IMG/VR virus record: IMGVR_UViG_3300031414_000007 | Location: 1 to 64,000 of that record | Length of the DNA stretch: 64,000 nucleotides | Reading direction: 5' to 3' (one strand) | Source: a virus | Taxonomy: Duplodnaviria; Caudoviricetes | Shown: positions 26,770 to 36,123 of the stretch, one piece after another | Layout: each line of letters starts with the position of its first letter | Numbering within the stretch: the first letter of the stretch is position 1 | The notes under the pieces: generated by a model | Told to the model about the DNA's origin: nothing | The model's database searches: none | What the model saw: the letters and a program-made list of their open reading frames with translations, nothing else | Made by a program: the position numbers and the translations under genes

Positions 26770-27611
26770 TGACAGTAATAAGTCCAATCCGCTATCAGGG
26801 CAATAAGCGAAGTCTTATCCCTCTCATTCTGGAGCACACACCTTCTGTGCAAGATTGTCCACGTATGGTCGATGTGTTTGGAGGCAGCGCTACTGTGTGC
26901 GCTAACATGCCTCAGAAATTTCGTGTCTACAACGAACTGAGTCCGCAGGTATTTGAAATCGTCAAGATGCTTGTCGAACAAGACCCGAAGAAAACATTGG
27001 GTCAAGTCAAGCGTCTGGTAAAACATTGGTGCCTGACAAACAGCAACGAAGAAAACTACGATGCGTTCCGTGAAGTTGTCCAGAAGAAGCGCACGGCTAT
27101 TCTGCATTACGTGGCGCACCGACATGCACACTCGAACATGCTGCGCTTTAATCAGCAGGGTATCTACAACGTGGGCTTTGGTGATCGCGGTCTGATTGGA
27201 AAGTTCGACGAACTGGAAGACGAACTCACTACGTTCCACAGTCACATGCAGGGTGTCCACCTGACGAACATGAAGTATGGTAAGTTGTTGAGCCGTCTTG
27301 GTAGTCAACTGAACTGCAACACGTTCTGCTATTTCGACCCGCCGTATCTTGCCTCAGGTGCTATGCAGTATGGAAAGTGGACAGAAGCGAACGAGCGCAA
27401 CCTGCTGGCAACGCTTGAGCAATTGAATCGTTTAGGCGTGCCGTGGATGTTGAGCAACGTTACTGAACATCGACACTTCTCAAACGACTTGTTGAAGCGT
27501 TGGCTAAAGAAACATGCAACGACTGTGCTCTATCCAAACAAAAGCTATGCGATGAACAACGGCCAGAGCGGCTCGCACGGTACCGTTGAAATTCTGGCAA
27601 TGAACTACTGA
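26769..27611 (+). CDS. Dam-family (D12 class) N6-adenine DNA methyltransferase
   Basis: SPIRYQGNK, DVFGGSATV, YFDPPY, WMLSN. Confidence 0.88.
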   Translation: MTVISPIRYQGNKRSLIPLILEHTPSVQDCPRMVDVFGGSATVCANMPQKFRVYNELSPQVFEIVKMLVEQDPKKTLGQVKRLVKHWCLTNSNEENYDAFREVVQKKRTAILHYVAHRHAHSNMLRFNQQGIYNVGFGDRGLIGKFDELEDELTTFHSHMQGVHLTNMKYGKLLSRLGSQLNCNTFCYFDPPYLASGAMQYGKWTEANERNLLATLEQLNRLGVPWMLSNVTEHRHFSNDLLKRWLKKHATTVLYPNKSYAMNNGQSGSHGTVEILAMNY

Positions 27612-27618
27612 GGTAATC

Positions 27619-27927
27619 ATGGAACCACCAGTCGGTACAAACATGAAGTTGTGGAGTATTCTCGGCTCAATCGTTCGTGAGCTTGAGAAGATTAACGCCA
27701 CTGCTTGGTACTTGTCGAAAGATCCGAAAGATACCTGCGGCGTTATTTGCTGCGCTATCCCTGATTACACGGACGCCACTCTAATCAAAGAGATTGAGAT
27801 GCGTGTCGGTCAGATTGAAGAACGCAAACGCTACATCGCTGGTCTGCAAAATGGTGAAGCTGGCCATACCTTTGCCTGCGAGCAACGTGCCGACGAACTC
27901 TACCAGAAGTATTGCGGCAAGCGTTAA
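27619..27927 (+). CDS. hypothetical protein
   Basis: SD GAGGT. Confidence 0.7.
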   Translation: MEPPVGTNMKLWSILGSIVRELEKINATAWYLSKDPKDTCGVICCAIPDYTDATLIKEIEMRVGQIEERKRYIAGLQNGEAGHTFACEQRADELYQKYCGKR

Positions 27928-27937
27928 TCTGTAAAAC
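27926..27937 (+). promoter_or_regulatory. AATCTGTAAAAC motif (class A variant)
   Basis: about 55 nt upstream of 27981. Confidence 0.55.
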
Positions 27938-27980
27938 AATAACATAACAATCTTTTGACTACACACAGCAAGGATATAAA

Positions 27981-28562
27981 ATGAAAGAGTTCCTGTCTAA
28001 GTATTTCGATCTGGAAGAGTACGACCGTTGGCCGCTCGCTCTGCTTTTCGTGGGCGCTGTGTTTGCAATCGCAAGTGACTTCCTGTTTGCCTACGATGCA
28101 GTCTGGCCGATGTTCGTCGTCTTCGCGCTGTATACCGTAGCGGTCATTCTCGATGTACGCAATATCATGGAGTCAGGCAACACCGCTCCGTCGTGGGGCT
28201 GGCTGTTGTTCATTCCTGTTTATCTGTGGAAGCGCGACACTCTTACGCAAAAGAAGAATCGCAACATCTTCTATGCGTGGATGATTCTGTGCATTCTCTC
28301 ATTCGGCAGTAGTTATCTCGCAGGCAACCGTGACAACCACCAGCTGGTGGAACAGGATGTGTGTCGTGTGCTCGATACGATTGACTCACTGCAATCCAAC
28401 AACATCACCTGCGTCCGTGCGTACAACATGGAAGAGCAGTATGACGGGTACTGGAAAGGCAGTGCCCATCTGTCCAATAACCGCGACGTTAATGTAAGCG
28501 CTGATTACAACAAAGATAAAGACAGCGTGTACGTTCAAATTCATAGCCTGTTAGGAGAGTAA
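27981..28562 (+). CDS. membrane protein with C-terminal soluble domain
   Basis: 3-4 hydrophobic segments in the N-terminal half; SD AAGGA. Confidence 0.8.
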   Translation: MKEFLSKYFDLEEYDRWPLALLFVGAVFAIASDFLFAYDAVWPMFVVFALYTVAVILDVRNIMESGNTAPSWGWLLFIPVYLWKRDTLTQKKNRNIFYAWMILCILSFGSSYLAGNRDNHQLVEQDVCRVLDTIDSLQSNNITCVRAYNMEEQYDGYWKGSAHLSNNRDVNVSADYNKDKDSVYVQIHSLLGE

Positions 28563-28563
28563 C

Positions 28564-29262
28564 GTGGAACAAGAACAAAATCCCCTCGATATGCCTGTTC
28601 ATATCGTTAACGGTTTTCAATTCCGAGAAGAATCTGCAAAGCTGATGGCTTATGCGCTGGACATGAAACGTCTCGGTGCTAACATCGACGCGAACTTCTG
28701 GGACACGCGCATTCTCGACGACGACCAGAATATTGACATGATTCAACGCCTGTCTACTACTGGTCCTGTGATTAATCGCCGTAGTTTCGACCTGTTCGAA
28801 TCTGCTGACCGCTGCCGCCGAAATGCCGCCGTTGTGTTCGAAGCGCTTATCTACGGCTTTGACCTGATGATGCAGGAATTCCGTGAAGCGTTCCTCGAGG
28901 AGTCCGGCGTATCGCCGTGGATTGATCGCCACGATACCAACATGTTCAGTCGTGAACTGTTACAATATCTGACTCGTCCTGCAGAAGAATCAGACTTACT
29001 CGATGTGCCCACGTATCGTCGTCAGGCGGCTGTCCTGTGTGACGTTGAACCTGTGCTGCTTACGCTGCGTGTGCATAACGAAATTCAGTACGTCTGGAAC
29101 GGTGAGTGGCGAGCGCTGACGAATGCGCCAATCGAAACACGTCGCCGTCAATGTGTTAACTGGTACTACAACCACGCGTTCACAATTCATCGTCTGCGCC
29201 ACATGCTGTCACGCTATCTGTACCACAAATTCCCTGAGCAGTTCGGAGGCAAAAGTGCGTAA
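28564..29262 (+). CDS. hypothetical protein
   Basis: GTG start after AGGAG; 232 aa. Confidence 0.75.
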   Translation: MEQEQNPLDMPVHIVNGFQFREESAKLMAYALDMKRLGANIDANFWDTRILDDDQNIDMIQRLSTTGPVINRRSFDLFESADRCRRNAAVVFEALIYGFDLMMQEFREAFLEESGVSPWIDRHDTNMFSRELLQYLTRPAEESDLLDVPTYRRQAAVLCDVEPVLLTLRVHNEIQYVWNGEWRALTNAPIETRRRQCVNWYYNHAFTIHRLRHMLSRYLYHKFPEQFGGKSA

Positions 29263-29593
29263 CATCATCGCTGTACTGAAAATGCGTTTCATCGAACAAC
29301 TGCGTGACGGCTACGAAGACGGCCCGATTTTCGATATTGTTTACTTTGACGGCGAAGCGCGAGAAGCACCGCACTTTGTGCGCACTCGTATTGCCGATAC
29401 GCTGTTCCCAAACAGTGTCGAAGATTCCGCTGTTGGTGGTTACGACTATTTGGTGCTGAGTGTGCGTGACCACGACAACGATGTTGAACTCAAGCCGGGT
29501 GACTTTGTTGTGTTCCGTGAAAACAGCAGCTTCACAACTCTTCGTGGTTTTGATACAGCAGAGGTGATTGATGGAAAACTCCGTCTTAGTTGA
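29255..29593 (+). CDS. hypothetical protein
   Basis: GTG after GGAGG, in frame with the track ORF. Confidence 0.7.
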   Translation: MRNIIAVLKMRFIEQLRDGYEDGPIFDIVYFDGEAREAPHFVRTRIADTLFPNSVEDSAVGGYDYLVLSVRDHDNDVELKPGDFVVFRENSSFTTLRGFDTAEVIDGKLRLS

Positions 29594-30047
29594 TCTGCGT
29601 GGGCGTCTGGTAAAGGCGCTCGGCTTGACTGTGGTGAGCAGCGGCCAGTCTGCCTGTTACGTTGACCCTGAAGGTAACCCTATGGGTCTGGTGCGTGAAT
29701 GGCGTCCTGAGTCGGCAGAGAATATTCTGCTGGTGATTGAACGTTACGGCTTGTGTGTTGAACGCACTGTTGACCCTAAACATAAACCACGTCCGGGCGA
29801 AGAAGATAAGATTGTGTGGCAGTACAACGTGTGGTCGCGCAATCCAATCTACCGAACGTTGTCCGTGGATAACTTTGCTCGCAGTCGTGGTGCGCGCATT
29901 GTCGGACCCGACTTGAAGACGGCCGTGTTTACGTGGGCAGTGCTTCGAGCCGAGCGTGTCGAAGAACTGCGTGAGTCTAAAGTGGACGCGAAGCTCTATA
30001 ACTTCAATGTGCTCCAGGAGAAGGTGTATGTATCACCAGCTCAGTGA
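29568..30047 (+). CDS. hypothetical protein
   Basis: SD GAGGTG; 159 aa. Confidence 0.75.
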   Translation: MMENSVLVDLRGRLVKALGLTVVSSGQSACYVDPEGNPMGLVREWRPESAENILLVIERYGLCVERTVDPKHKPRPGEEDKIVWQYNVWSRNPIYRTLSVDNFARSRGARIVGPDLKTAVFTWAVLRAERVEELRESKVDAKLYNFNVLQEKVYVSPAQ

Positions 30048-30438
30048 TAATCCAAGTTCCGATGAACTACGCCAGTATTATGAGCAGGTCCACAAAGAAG
30101 CCGAAGAAATCATGCAGCAGGTGTGGGCGCTTCGTGGTTGGACTGTTCGCTGGGAATGGCATAACGGTATTTGTGATGATTGCCAGTTCCTGTTTGACGC
30201 ATCAGGCAAGTGTCTTGGTGAGAAACATGCGGCTATCCCACAAGATGCAGGCATGGCAGGCAAGATTGACTCACTCAAGCTGTCTGTCTCTCATACCAAG
30301 AAATCTGTAAAGATCAGTAACAAGAGCGCTGATAAGCCAGTTGAGGGAAAAGGTCGTAATCTAAGGCTCGCCTACCTCAACTGGTTGCTCAACATTGAAA
30401 AGCAGAAAGCTGAGGAGAAAACGTGCGCTGTCCCTTAA
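30028..30438 (+). CDS. hypothetical protein
   Basis: ATG after AGGAG/AAGGT. Confidence 0.7.
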   Translation: MYHQLSDNPSSDELRQYYEQVHKEAEEIMQQVWALRGWTVRWEWHNGICDDCQFLFDASGKCLGEKHAAIPQDAGMAGKIDSLKLSVSHTKKSVKISNKSADKPVEGKGRNLRLAYLNWLLNIEKQKAEEKTCAVP

Positions 30439-30944
30439 ACGAATTACCGATGAATCTCGATCAGGCTGAACACATTATGGCTAGTGTGTTTACGCTCGCC
30501 GGTTCATCGAAGTCCAAACGTCGTGCCACTGCCGCTATGCTCGTTCACTTTCATCACGGCTTCCCGACTGTCATCAGTAGCGGTGTGAACGGTACGCAGC
30601 CAGGTGAAAGCAACGTTATGGAGAACGATGACCTAACGCTCTCGCTCGACACTGTTATTCATGCGGAGGTGAACTGCCTCAATCGCATGGAAGAATACAG
30701 CATGTGGGCTGACGAGAAGGACATTCTGTTCTGTACCGATTCGCCGTGTCCTAACTGCTTGGCTGATCTCGAAGCCGAAGGCGTTAAGACTGTCGTATAT
30801 GCGCGTGAGTATCGTCTGACTGAACATCTCGACGCATCGAAGATCAAGATGTTCTGCCTCGACATGAAGTCGGTAGAACTCCGTATGCTTCGTGGCATCG
30901 AGCGCATGAAAGAAGTAATCGCAACAACACCAGTGTCTAACTAA
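30423..30944 (+). CDS. dCMP deaminase family protein
   Basis: SGVNG, IHAEVNCL, SPCPNC zinc motifs. Confidence 0.88.
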   Translation: MRCPLNELPMNLDQAEHIMASVFTLAGSSKSKRRATAAMLVHFHHGFPTVISSGVNGTQPGESNVMENDDLTLSLDTVIHAEVNCLNRMEEYSMWADEKDILFCTDSPCPNCLADLEAEGVKTVVYAREYRLTEHLDASKIKMFCLDMKSVELRMLRGIERMKEVIATTPVSN

Positions 30945-30969
30945 GACCAATAACTGAGAGGCTCTCAAC

Positions 30970-31686
30970 ATGGAAAACAAATTCGAATCAGGTTTTAAAT
31001 GCCACCCGCTAACTAAAGAGCAACAGGACCAAGCGTTCCGCGAGTTCGATAGACAGCAACAAAAGTCGCTGGAGCGTCTGGTGCAGATGATTGAATCTGA
31101 TCCCGTGTTGAGGGCCCAGCACGAAGAGGCGCGTCGTCATGAACATCAGCAGAAGTTCGGTGACATGGATTTTTCCAAACTCGAAGAACGTGTAGCTGGT
31201 ACGTTTGAACATTCATCTGGTGTAGTTCGTGGTGTAGTTCAACGCTATCCACGCATGTCCGACAATCTGCCTCGTGACGGCCGCATTAAAGTTGACGTAA
31301 TACCAGGGAAACGTATGCTGCAAACTGATATTCATCTAGGTGATGTGAAGACAGAAGACCTGTCGCTTGCTATGGCTGCCGTTGCATTCGGTCTTAGTGG
31401 TGAGCAGCTTGGCGTTATCCCTGCTCCTGGTGGCGGTCAGTTCGTTGAGCCAGAAACGCAGTTGAGTTACATCGACGAAGCTCCATTTATTCCAAATCAT
31501 CTGCCTCAGCACTACCTGCAATCTGATACAGGTCCAGTGCCTGCGTGTGGTCGTGCTTTGCGTATAGTTCCGAAAGATTCATGGTCTGCCGAGCGCCGTG
31601 ACCGTGCTGCGACGTCTGCACCTGCTCGTAAGAAACTCCGTGCCCGTACACGCGCCCAGAAGAAAGCGCGCCGTAAACAACGCTGA
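30970..31686 (+). CDS. hypothetical protein, Arg/Lys-rich C-terminus
   Basis: 238 aa; SD GAGAGG. Confidence 0.8.
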   Translation: MENKFESGFKCHPLTKEQQDQAFREFDRQQQKSLERLVQMIESDPVLRAQHEEARRHEHQQKFGDMDFSKLEERVAGTFEHSSGVVRGVVQRYPRMSDNLPRDGRIKVDVIPGKRMLQTDIHLGDVKTEDLSLAMAAVAFGLSGEQLGVIPAPGGGQFVEPETQLSYIDEAPFIPNHLPQHYLQSDTGPVPACGRALRIVPKDSWSAERRDRAATSAPARKKLRARTRAQKKARRKQR

Positions 31687-31696
31687 GGTAACAGCA

Positions 31697-32188
31697 ATGA
31701 GTAATGAGATTAAACAAGCCTCGATGGAGAGCTACAACGCGCTTGGCCTGCCGAGTGATTTTATGAATCTCGTATCAGACGAAGATGCCGCAGACTTTGT
31801 GGCTAAACTGTCTGACGAGAAACGCCGTAAGCTGACTGTCGGTCTGGCTTTGCTTCATCTGCAAATTCCCGATGCGATTCGTTATGAGTTGTTGACGAAC
31901 CACATCGACGAAACTGAGCGTCTGGTTCACAATGCGTTCCAGGACCTGAGCGCTTCGCTGGTAAACAAGCTGTCGCATGAAGGTAGCGCTGAAACTAAAT
32001 CAACACTCGGTAGTGTTCGTCTGGCAATGCTGATGAACATTCTGGGCTTTGATGATGCTACTCTTAGTGGCGTCTTGAACGACCCTATCCTGACACGCCG
32101 CGCGAGCCTTGTTGCTGTGACTGGCTTGAATGAGATGGGTCAGAAAATCCAACAACTGTACGACGAGAAAAACAATGAGCCAACCTAA
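31697..32188 (+). CDS. hypothetical protein
   Basis: ATG after GAGGT. Confidence 0.75.
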   Translation: MSNEIKQASMESYNALGLPSDFMNLVSDEDAADFVAKLSDEKRRKLTVGLALLHLQIPDAIRYELLTNHIDETERLVHNAFQDLSASLVNKLSHEGSAETKSTLGSVRLAMLMNILGFDDATLSGVLNDPILTRRASLVAVTGLNEMGQKIQQLYDEKNNEPT

Positions 32189-32318
32189 CGTAGCAACTCA
32201 ATCAGAAGAAATGGATCTGGACGCAATCCCTGGTCTGGACCCAGATGCAGTAGCACCGAACGGTGTTGATGCAGCAGCATCTGATGAAGGTTGTGAAGGC
32301 GGCGCCTGCAAAATCTAA
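32175..32318 (+). CDS. 47-aa acidic peptide ending in an NrdA-like tail (DEGCEGGACKI)
   Basis: overlaps the upstream stop and is followed by a terminator; C-terminus nearly matches E. coli NrdA DDGCESGACKI as recalled. Confidence 0.7.
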   Translation: MSQPNVATQSEEMDLDAIPGLDPDAVAPNGVDAAASDEGCEGGACKI

Positions 32319-32321
32319 TTC

Positions 32322-32344
32322 ATGGGGCCTAGTGCCCCATTTTT
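32322..32344 (+). terminator. intrinsic terminator
   Basis: ATGGGGC-CTAGT-GCCCCAT-TTTT. Confidence 0.8.
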
Positions 32345-32362
32345 CGTTTGAGGATAAAAACG

Positions 32363-32890
32363 ATGCAAACAGCCTATCGCTGCAAACACTGCAAGTATGT
32401 CCACATCGGCAAAGTGTCCAGCTGTGATTGTCAGGGCAGTAAGAAATTCGAATACACGTTGGTGCAAATCATCGACGTGCCTGAGAACGAAGACCAAGTG
32501 CCTCCGTTCAAAGATCTCAAACACTCTCGCGCTCAACGCTACGTGAACGTTAAAGACGGCACGTACGGTAATGGCATCTATGAACTACGTGAGAAGCGCG
32601 AAGGCCAACGTTACTGGTGGACGCATCTCGGTACTATGCAGAGCGGGTTCGATAGCACTGATATGTCTTACCAGTTCTGCGAAGATAATTGTAAGGCGAA
32701 CGTTCTGCTGGCAGCGGCTGGCCCTGTTATGCTCGAAGCACTGTACATGACCTATCAGTATTTCCACCGCAAGCGTCTGGTGCAGGGATCTACGCCTCAG
32801 ACAGATATGCGCATCTCGATCATCGCTGATGCTATTCGTCAAGGCACTGACTTGTCTGTGTTCGACACCCTTCAAATACCTAAGGAATGA
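32363..32890 (+). CDS. hypothetical protein with N-terminal Cys cluster
   Basis: CKHC..CDC; SD GAGGA. Confidence 0.75.
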   Translation: MQTAYRCKHCKYVHIGKVSSCDCQGSKKFEYTLVQIIDVPENEDQVPPFKDLKHSRAQRYVNVKDGTYGNGIYELREKREGQRYWWTHLGTMQSGFDSTDMSYQFCEDNCKANVLLAAAGPVMLEALYMTYQYFHRKRLVQGSTPQTDMRISIIADAIRQGTDLSVFDTLQIPKE

Positions 32891-33528
32891 CCATGTTGAT
32901 TGATATGTTGAAAGCAATTCCTGCGATCATACTCTGCTACATAGTGTGGCGCTATTTTCTAAACAAACGTGACCACGATCGTCATCTGGTCAAAGCGCAA
33001 GAGCACTACAATTGCGGGCGTCTTGACAGCGGTAATGTCTGGATTCATTTGAAGTCCGGCCGGCCTTACACCGTGCTTTGTCTTACCAACACGGGTACGT
33101 CTAAGGCGGGCTGGGAAATCAACGTCATCTACACGAATGACTTCAAGCAGATCTATAGCAGACCGTTCAGTGAGTTCTGTCACAAGTTCACGCACGTTAG
33201 TCGCGGCAAAAATGAAGAACACTTCACTACAACGCTCATGGGTTTGCAAATGAAAGCCAACACTCGCATCCTTATCCCTCGTGAAGGTGAGATTTGGTTT
33301 GAGGGTACGGTTCATGCAACACCACCAGAACTGGTGAAGCAGGGTCATGCACCTCAAGTCGTGTCTCAACGTCGTGCGCACATTGATATGGTGCTGGCTC
33401 TAGGTGAGGCGCATCCAGTCGTCGTATTTACTGTAAATGAAAAGCAGACAGCAATGTTGCTTTCGCAATTCATTTTCATCTATCGCAAAGAGGTGTCCTT
33501 CGATGGAACAACCAGCTCTTGTGTTTAA
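32887..33528 (+). CDS. membrane-anchored protein with DUF1653-like domain
   Basis: N-terminal hydrophobic helix; WIHLKSGRPYTVL..VIY..YSRPFSEF. Confidence 0.6.
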   Translation: MTMLIDMLKAIPAIILCYIVWRYFLNKRDHDRHLVKAQEHYNCGRLDSGNVWIHLKSGRPYTVLCLTNTGTSKAGWEINVIYTNDFKQIYSRPFSEFCHKFTHVSRGKNEEHFTTTLMGLQMKANTRILIPREGEIWFEGTVHATPPELVKQGHAPQVVSQRRAHIDMVLALGEAHPVVVFTVNEKQTAMLLSQFIFIYRKEVSFDGTTSSCV

Positions 33529-33850
33529 ATACGTGATGTTCGTCCGTACGCGCACCAAAGAGCGTGACGACGGCGTTTACTTGCCTGTGATATTCCCGAC
33601 GCATATCATGCACTCTGATATGTCAGACGAAATGCGCGGCTACGGTATGTCCAACGGTTTTCGAGAGAATCGCTATCACCAGCGTATCGATCCAATCTCG
33701 GCAGGCTTTATCAATCTGCGAACACTTCAATGCTTCGGTGAGTCTGAATCTCTGGAGCTGAAATCTCGCCCAGAAGACAGCACCATCATCGCAGAGTACA
33801 TGAAGACTCAAGGTAAAGGTGCAGAAGCTCCACCAGAGGATGACGCATGA
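33503..33850 (+). CDS. hypothetical protein
   Basis: ATG after GAGGTG. Confidence 0.7.
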   Translation: MEQPALVFKYVMFVRTRTKERDDGVYLPVIFPTHIMHSDMSDEMRGYGMSNGFRENRYHQRIDPISAGFINLRTLQCFGESESLELKSRPEDSTIIAEYMKTQGKGAEAPPEDDA

Positions 33851-34338
33851 TGGACCTCCAGCAGAAGTCGAGAGACATTAGGCGCAGCAAGCGTCGAGCT
33901 GTGATCAGCAAACAGCATGAGTTCCGTAATGCCTGCAATGAAATGCAGCCGCGTATTGAGCAGGACCTGATTGATATTCTTGCGGAGTTTGCTCAGGCCG
34001 GCTCCGATAAAGATATGCTGATATTTAGACGCCCTGCCTACCGCATAGGCAAGCACAAGTTCCAGCTACAAGTTACTGTCAGACTCTTTGACACGCGCAA
34101 CACGCAGTTCAACGTCGAGCTTGTATCTAAAGGCTTTACGACTCTGCTGGAGAAAAACGTTCGTCGCCGCATTTGGTTCCTGCCAGACACCGTTCTCGTC
34201 GAGCACAACATCTATCTCAGGGATATGATGTATCGTGCGCAACAGGCGGTGTTCACAGGTAAAGAGTGGGAATTAGAGTATGATCCAAACATAAGTATAG
34301 ACGATTCCGTATTCACTCACATCTATCTCGTGGAGTAG
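33847..34338 (+). CDS. hypothetical protein
   Basis: ATGA overlap, SD GAGGA. Confidence 0.75.
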   Translation: MMDLQQKSRDIRRSKRRAVISKQHEFRNACNEMQPRIEQDLIDILAEFAQAGSDKDMLIFRRPAYRIGKHKFQLQVTVRLFDTRNTQFNVELVSKGFTTLLEKNVRRRIWFLPDTVLVEHNIYLRDMMYRAQQAVFTGKEWELEYDPNISIDDSVFTHIYLVE

Positions 34339-34340
34339 TA

Positions 34341-34682
34341 ATGGACATTCTGAGATCAATCTGGGCAAGCCCTTTCTGGGACAGTCCTGCGTCTGCATTT
34401 GTGCCTACGACGCTTATCATTGCATTCTTTATCTATACTGAATGGCGTGAGCGTCGTACTCTGCGTCTGTCTCGTAAGGCATTCGCAGACGGCTGGGATC
34501 CGAAGAAGAATACACTCTTCCGTCACAAGTGGTTTCCATTCATGACGTGTCGTGTGGACTTTTATTCGAATAGCCCGAATGATAAGTTCACGCCGTCAGT
34601 GTTTGTGCAAAGGAATGGTGGGCGTTATGTAGAGATGCCTGCCTATGTGTTACGTTACCGCTATAATGAGATTAAACAATGA
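34341..34682 (+). CDS. hypothetical membrane-anchored protein
   Basis: single hydrophobic helix; SD GGAG. Confidence 0.7.
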   Translation: MDILRSIWASPFWDSPASAFVPTTLIIAFFIYTEWRERRTLRLSRKAFADGWDPKKNTLFRHKWFPFMTCRVDFYSNSPNDKFTPSVFVQRNGGRYVEMPAYVLRYRYNEIKQ

Positions 34683-35020
34683 CACCAGCAATCCGCTTTA
34701 ACGAGCAGACCTGTGAACTGCTGAAAAAGATCTTCGGCAACAACAAGCCCTTCTTTGTTGTGCGCCGCGACACAATCATCGAAAACGATAAGCAGTTCGG
34801 TGAGCGTGTGTATCTGGCCAATGGCACGCATGTCATTACCGTGCCTAACGTACAGGGCCTCGATCTCGGAGATAAGCTCTATCTCGCAGAAGACAATGAG
34901 GTGTACGAGTGGCATCCTCATTTCGACCGCCCCAAATACGAAGCAAGCAACAATCAAAAGGAAGCTCTCGCTTTTGGTCTTCATCCTATCGTCCATCATA
35001 AAGACAGCCGGAACTCTTAA
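34679..35020 (+). CDS. hypothetical protein
   Basis: coupled overlaps on both sides. Confidence 0.7.
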   Translation: MTPAIRFNEQTCELLKKIFGNNKPFFVVRRDTIIENDKQFGERVYLANGTHVITVPNVQGLDLGDKLYLAEDNEVYEWHPHFDRPKYEASNNQKEALAFGLHPIVHHKDSRNS

Positions 35021-36123
35021 TGAACAATCAACCTCTCGATCTGCGCGATCCCAATCAGTACGAACTGTATTCTCTGCATTGCGTGGATGAACAGTACATC
35101 AATCTCGGCAATGCAATTCTGATGCACGGTACTGACGAAACAGATCCCGGTCGTACCGAAGACACGTGGCGCACTCTGATCGGTATTGGCTTTCAATTGA
35201 CCAACACGCTGATCGCTTTCCCTGCGTTGCTATCTGCGCGTAAGAACTGGTTCGCAGCCGTTGATGAAATGTGCTGGATGGCTCGCGGTGAAACAAATAT
35301 CGGCAGTCTCAATTCCAAAATCTGGAACGAGTGGGCGGACGAAGATGGCGAGTGCGGTCCTATCTACGGTCTGATGTGGCGCATGTGGCCTGATATCAAA
35401 ACCTTCCCGACTATTGAGTCGATGAAGGAGCGTCAGATTAGCGATGCTGAAATCGAGCGTATCTCCAAAGAGATCAATCGCATGAAGGCCGCTGGTTACA
35501 CTGAAACGGAAATGGCTGACGGCCGTGTGTGCTACGAAGGTACAATCGATCAGTTTGCTGATGCTCTGCGTCAGGTAATGAATCGCAGTCGCTCACGTCG
35601 CATCCGTGTTCAGGCATACAATCCAGCGTATCTCAACATGCAGGGTCTGCCGCCGTGCCACACTGAGTTTGAGTTCAATGTGACTAAGCCTACGCTGTAT
35701 GAAACGGCTCAGATGGAAGCACGTCAGATGGCGCCTGCCGAAGACTCGCTGCACATCACGGTGACCATGCGTTCCAACGACACGCTTCTGGGCAGACCGT
35801 TCAACATCATCGGCTACAGCGCCATGCACCAAATGATCGCGAAGTGGGCAGGCATGAACGTCGGCAGCTTTACGCTGAATACTACCAACACGCATCTGTA
35901 CACTCACCACTTCGAAGCGTTCAAAAAGCAAAGTGAGCAGTGGGCAGTTCTCGCAGACAACATGAAACGCACTGGCGAACCTGTTGTCTATCCTATGCTG
36001 GAAATCAGCGACGACATTCTTGGCCTGACGCCGGAAGAGTTGCTTGATAACGCCAATGCTGAATGGTTCCAGCTTCTCGATTATGCACCAGCACAGGCAG
36101 TCAAAGGACGGGTCACCAAGTGA
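35020..36123 (+). CDS. thyA: thymidylate synthase
   Basis: IWNEWADEDG..GPIYG, SRRI, LPPCH (catalytic Cys), RSND..LG.PFN (dUMP-type Asn). Confidence 0.93.
   Translation: MNNQPLDLRDPNQYELYSLHCVDEQYINLGNAILMHGTDETDPGRTEDTWRTLIGIGFQLTNTLIAFPALLSARKNWFAAVDEMCWMARGETNIGSLNSKIWNEWADEDGECGPIYGLMWRMWPDIKTFPTIESMKERQISDAEIERISKEINRMKAAGYTETEMADGRVCYEGTIDQFADALRQVMNRSRSRRIRVQAYNPAYLNMQGLPPCHTEFEFNVTKPTLYETAQMEARQMAPAEDSLHITVTMRSNDTLLGRPFNIIGYSAMHQMIAKWAGMNVGSFTLNTTNTHLYTHHFEAFKKQSEQWAVLADNMKRTGEPVVYPMLEISDDILGLTPEELLDNANAEWFQLLDYAPAQAVKGRVTK

Noticed and set aside
26336-30956. ACCAATAACTG repeated at 26336 and 30946 as a third promoter motif
   Set aside because: Only two exact copies seen; too few to call
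31160-31200. DFSKLEERV resembling family A DNA polymerase motif A
   Set aside because: Isolated 9-mer in a 238-aa protein without other polymerase motifs
35020-36123. ThyA as a modified-pyrimidine synthase (dCMP hydroxymethylase type)
   Set aside because: It retains the dUMP-specifying Asn in RSND..PFN
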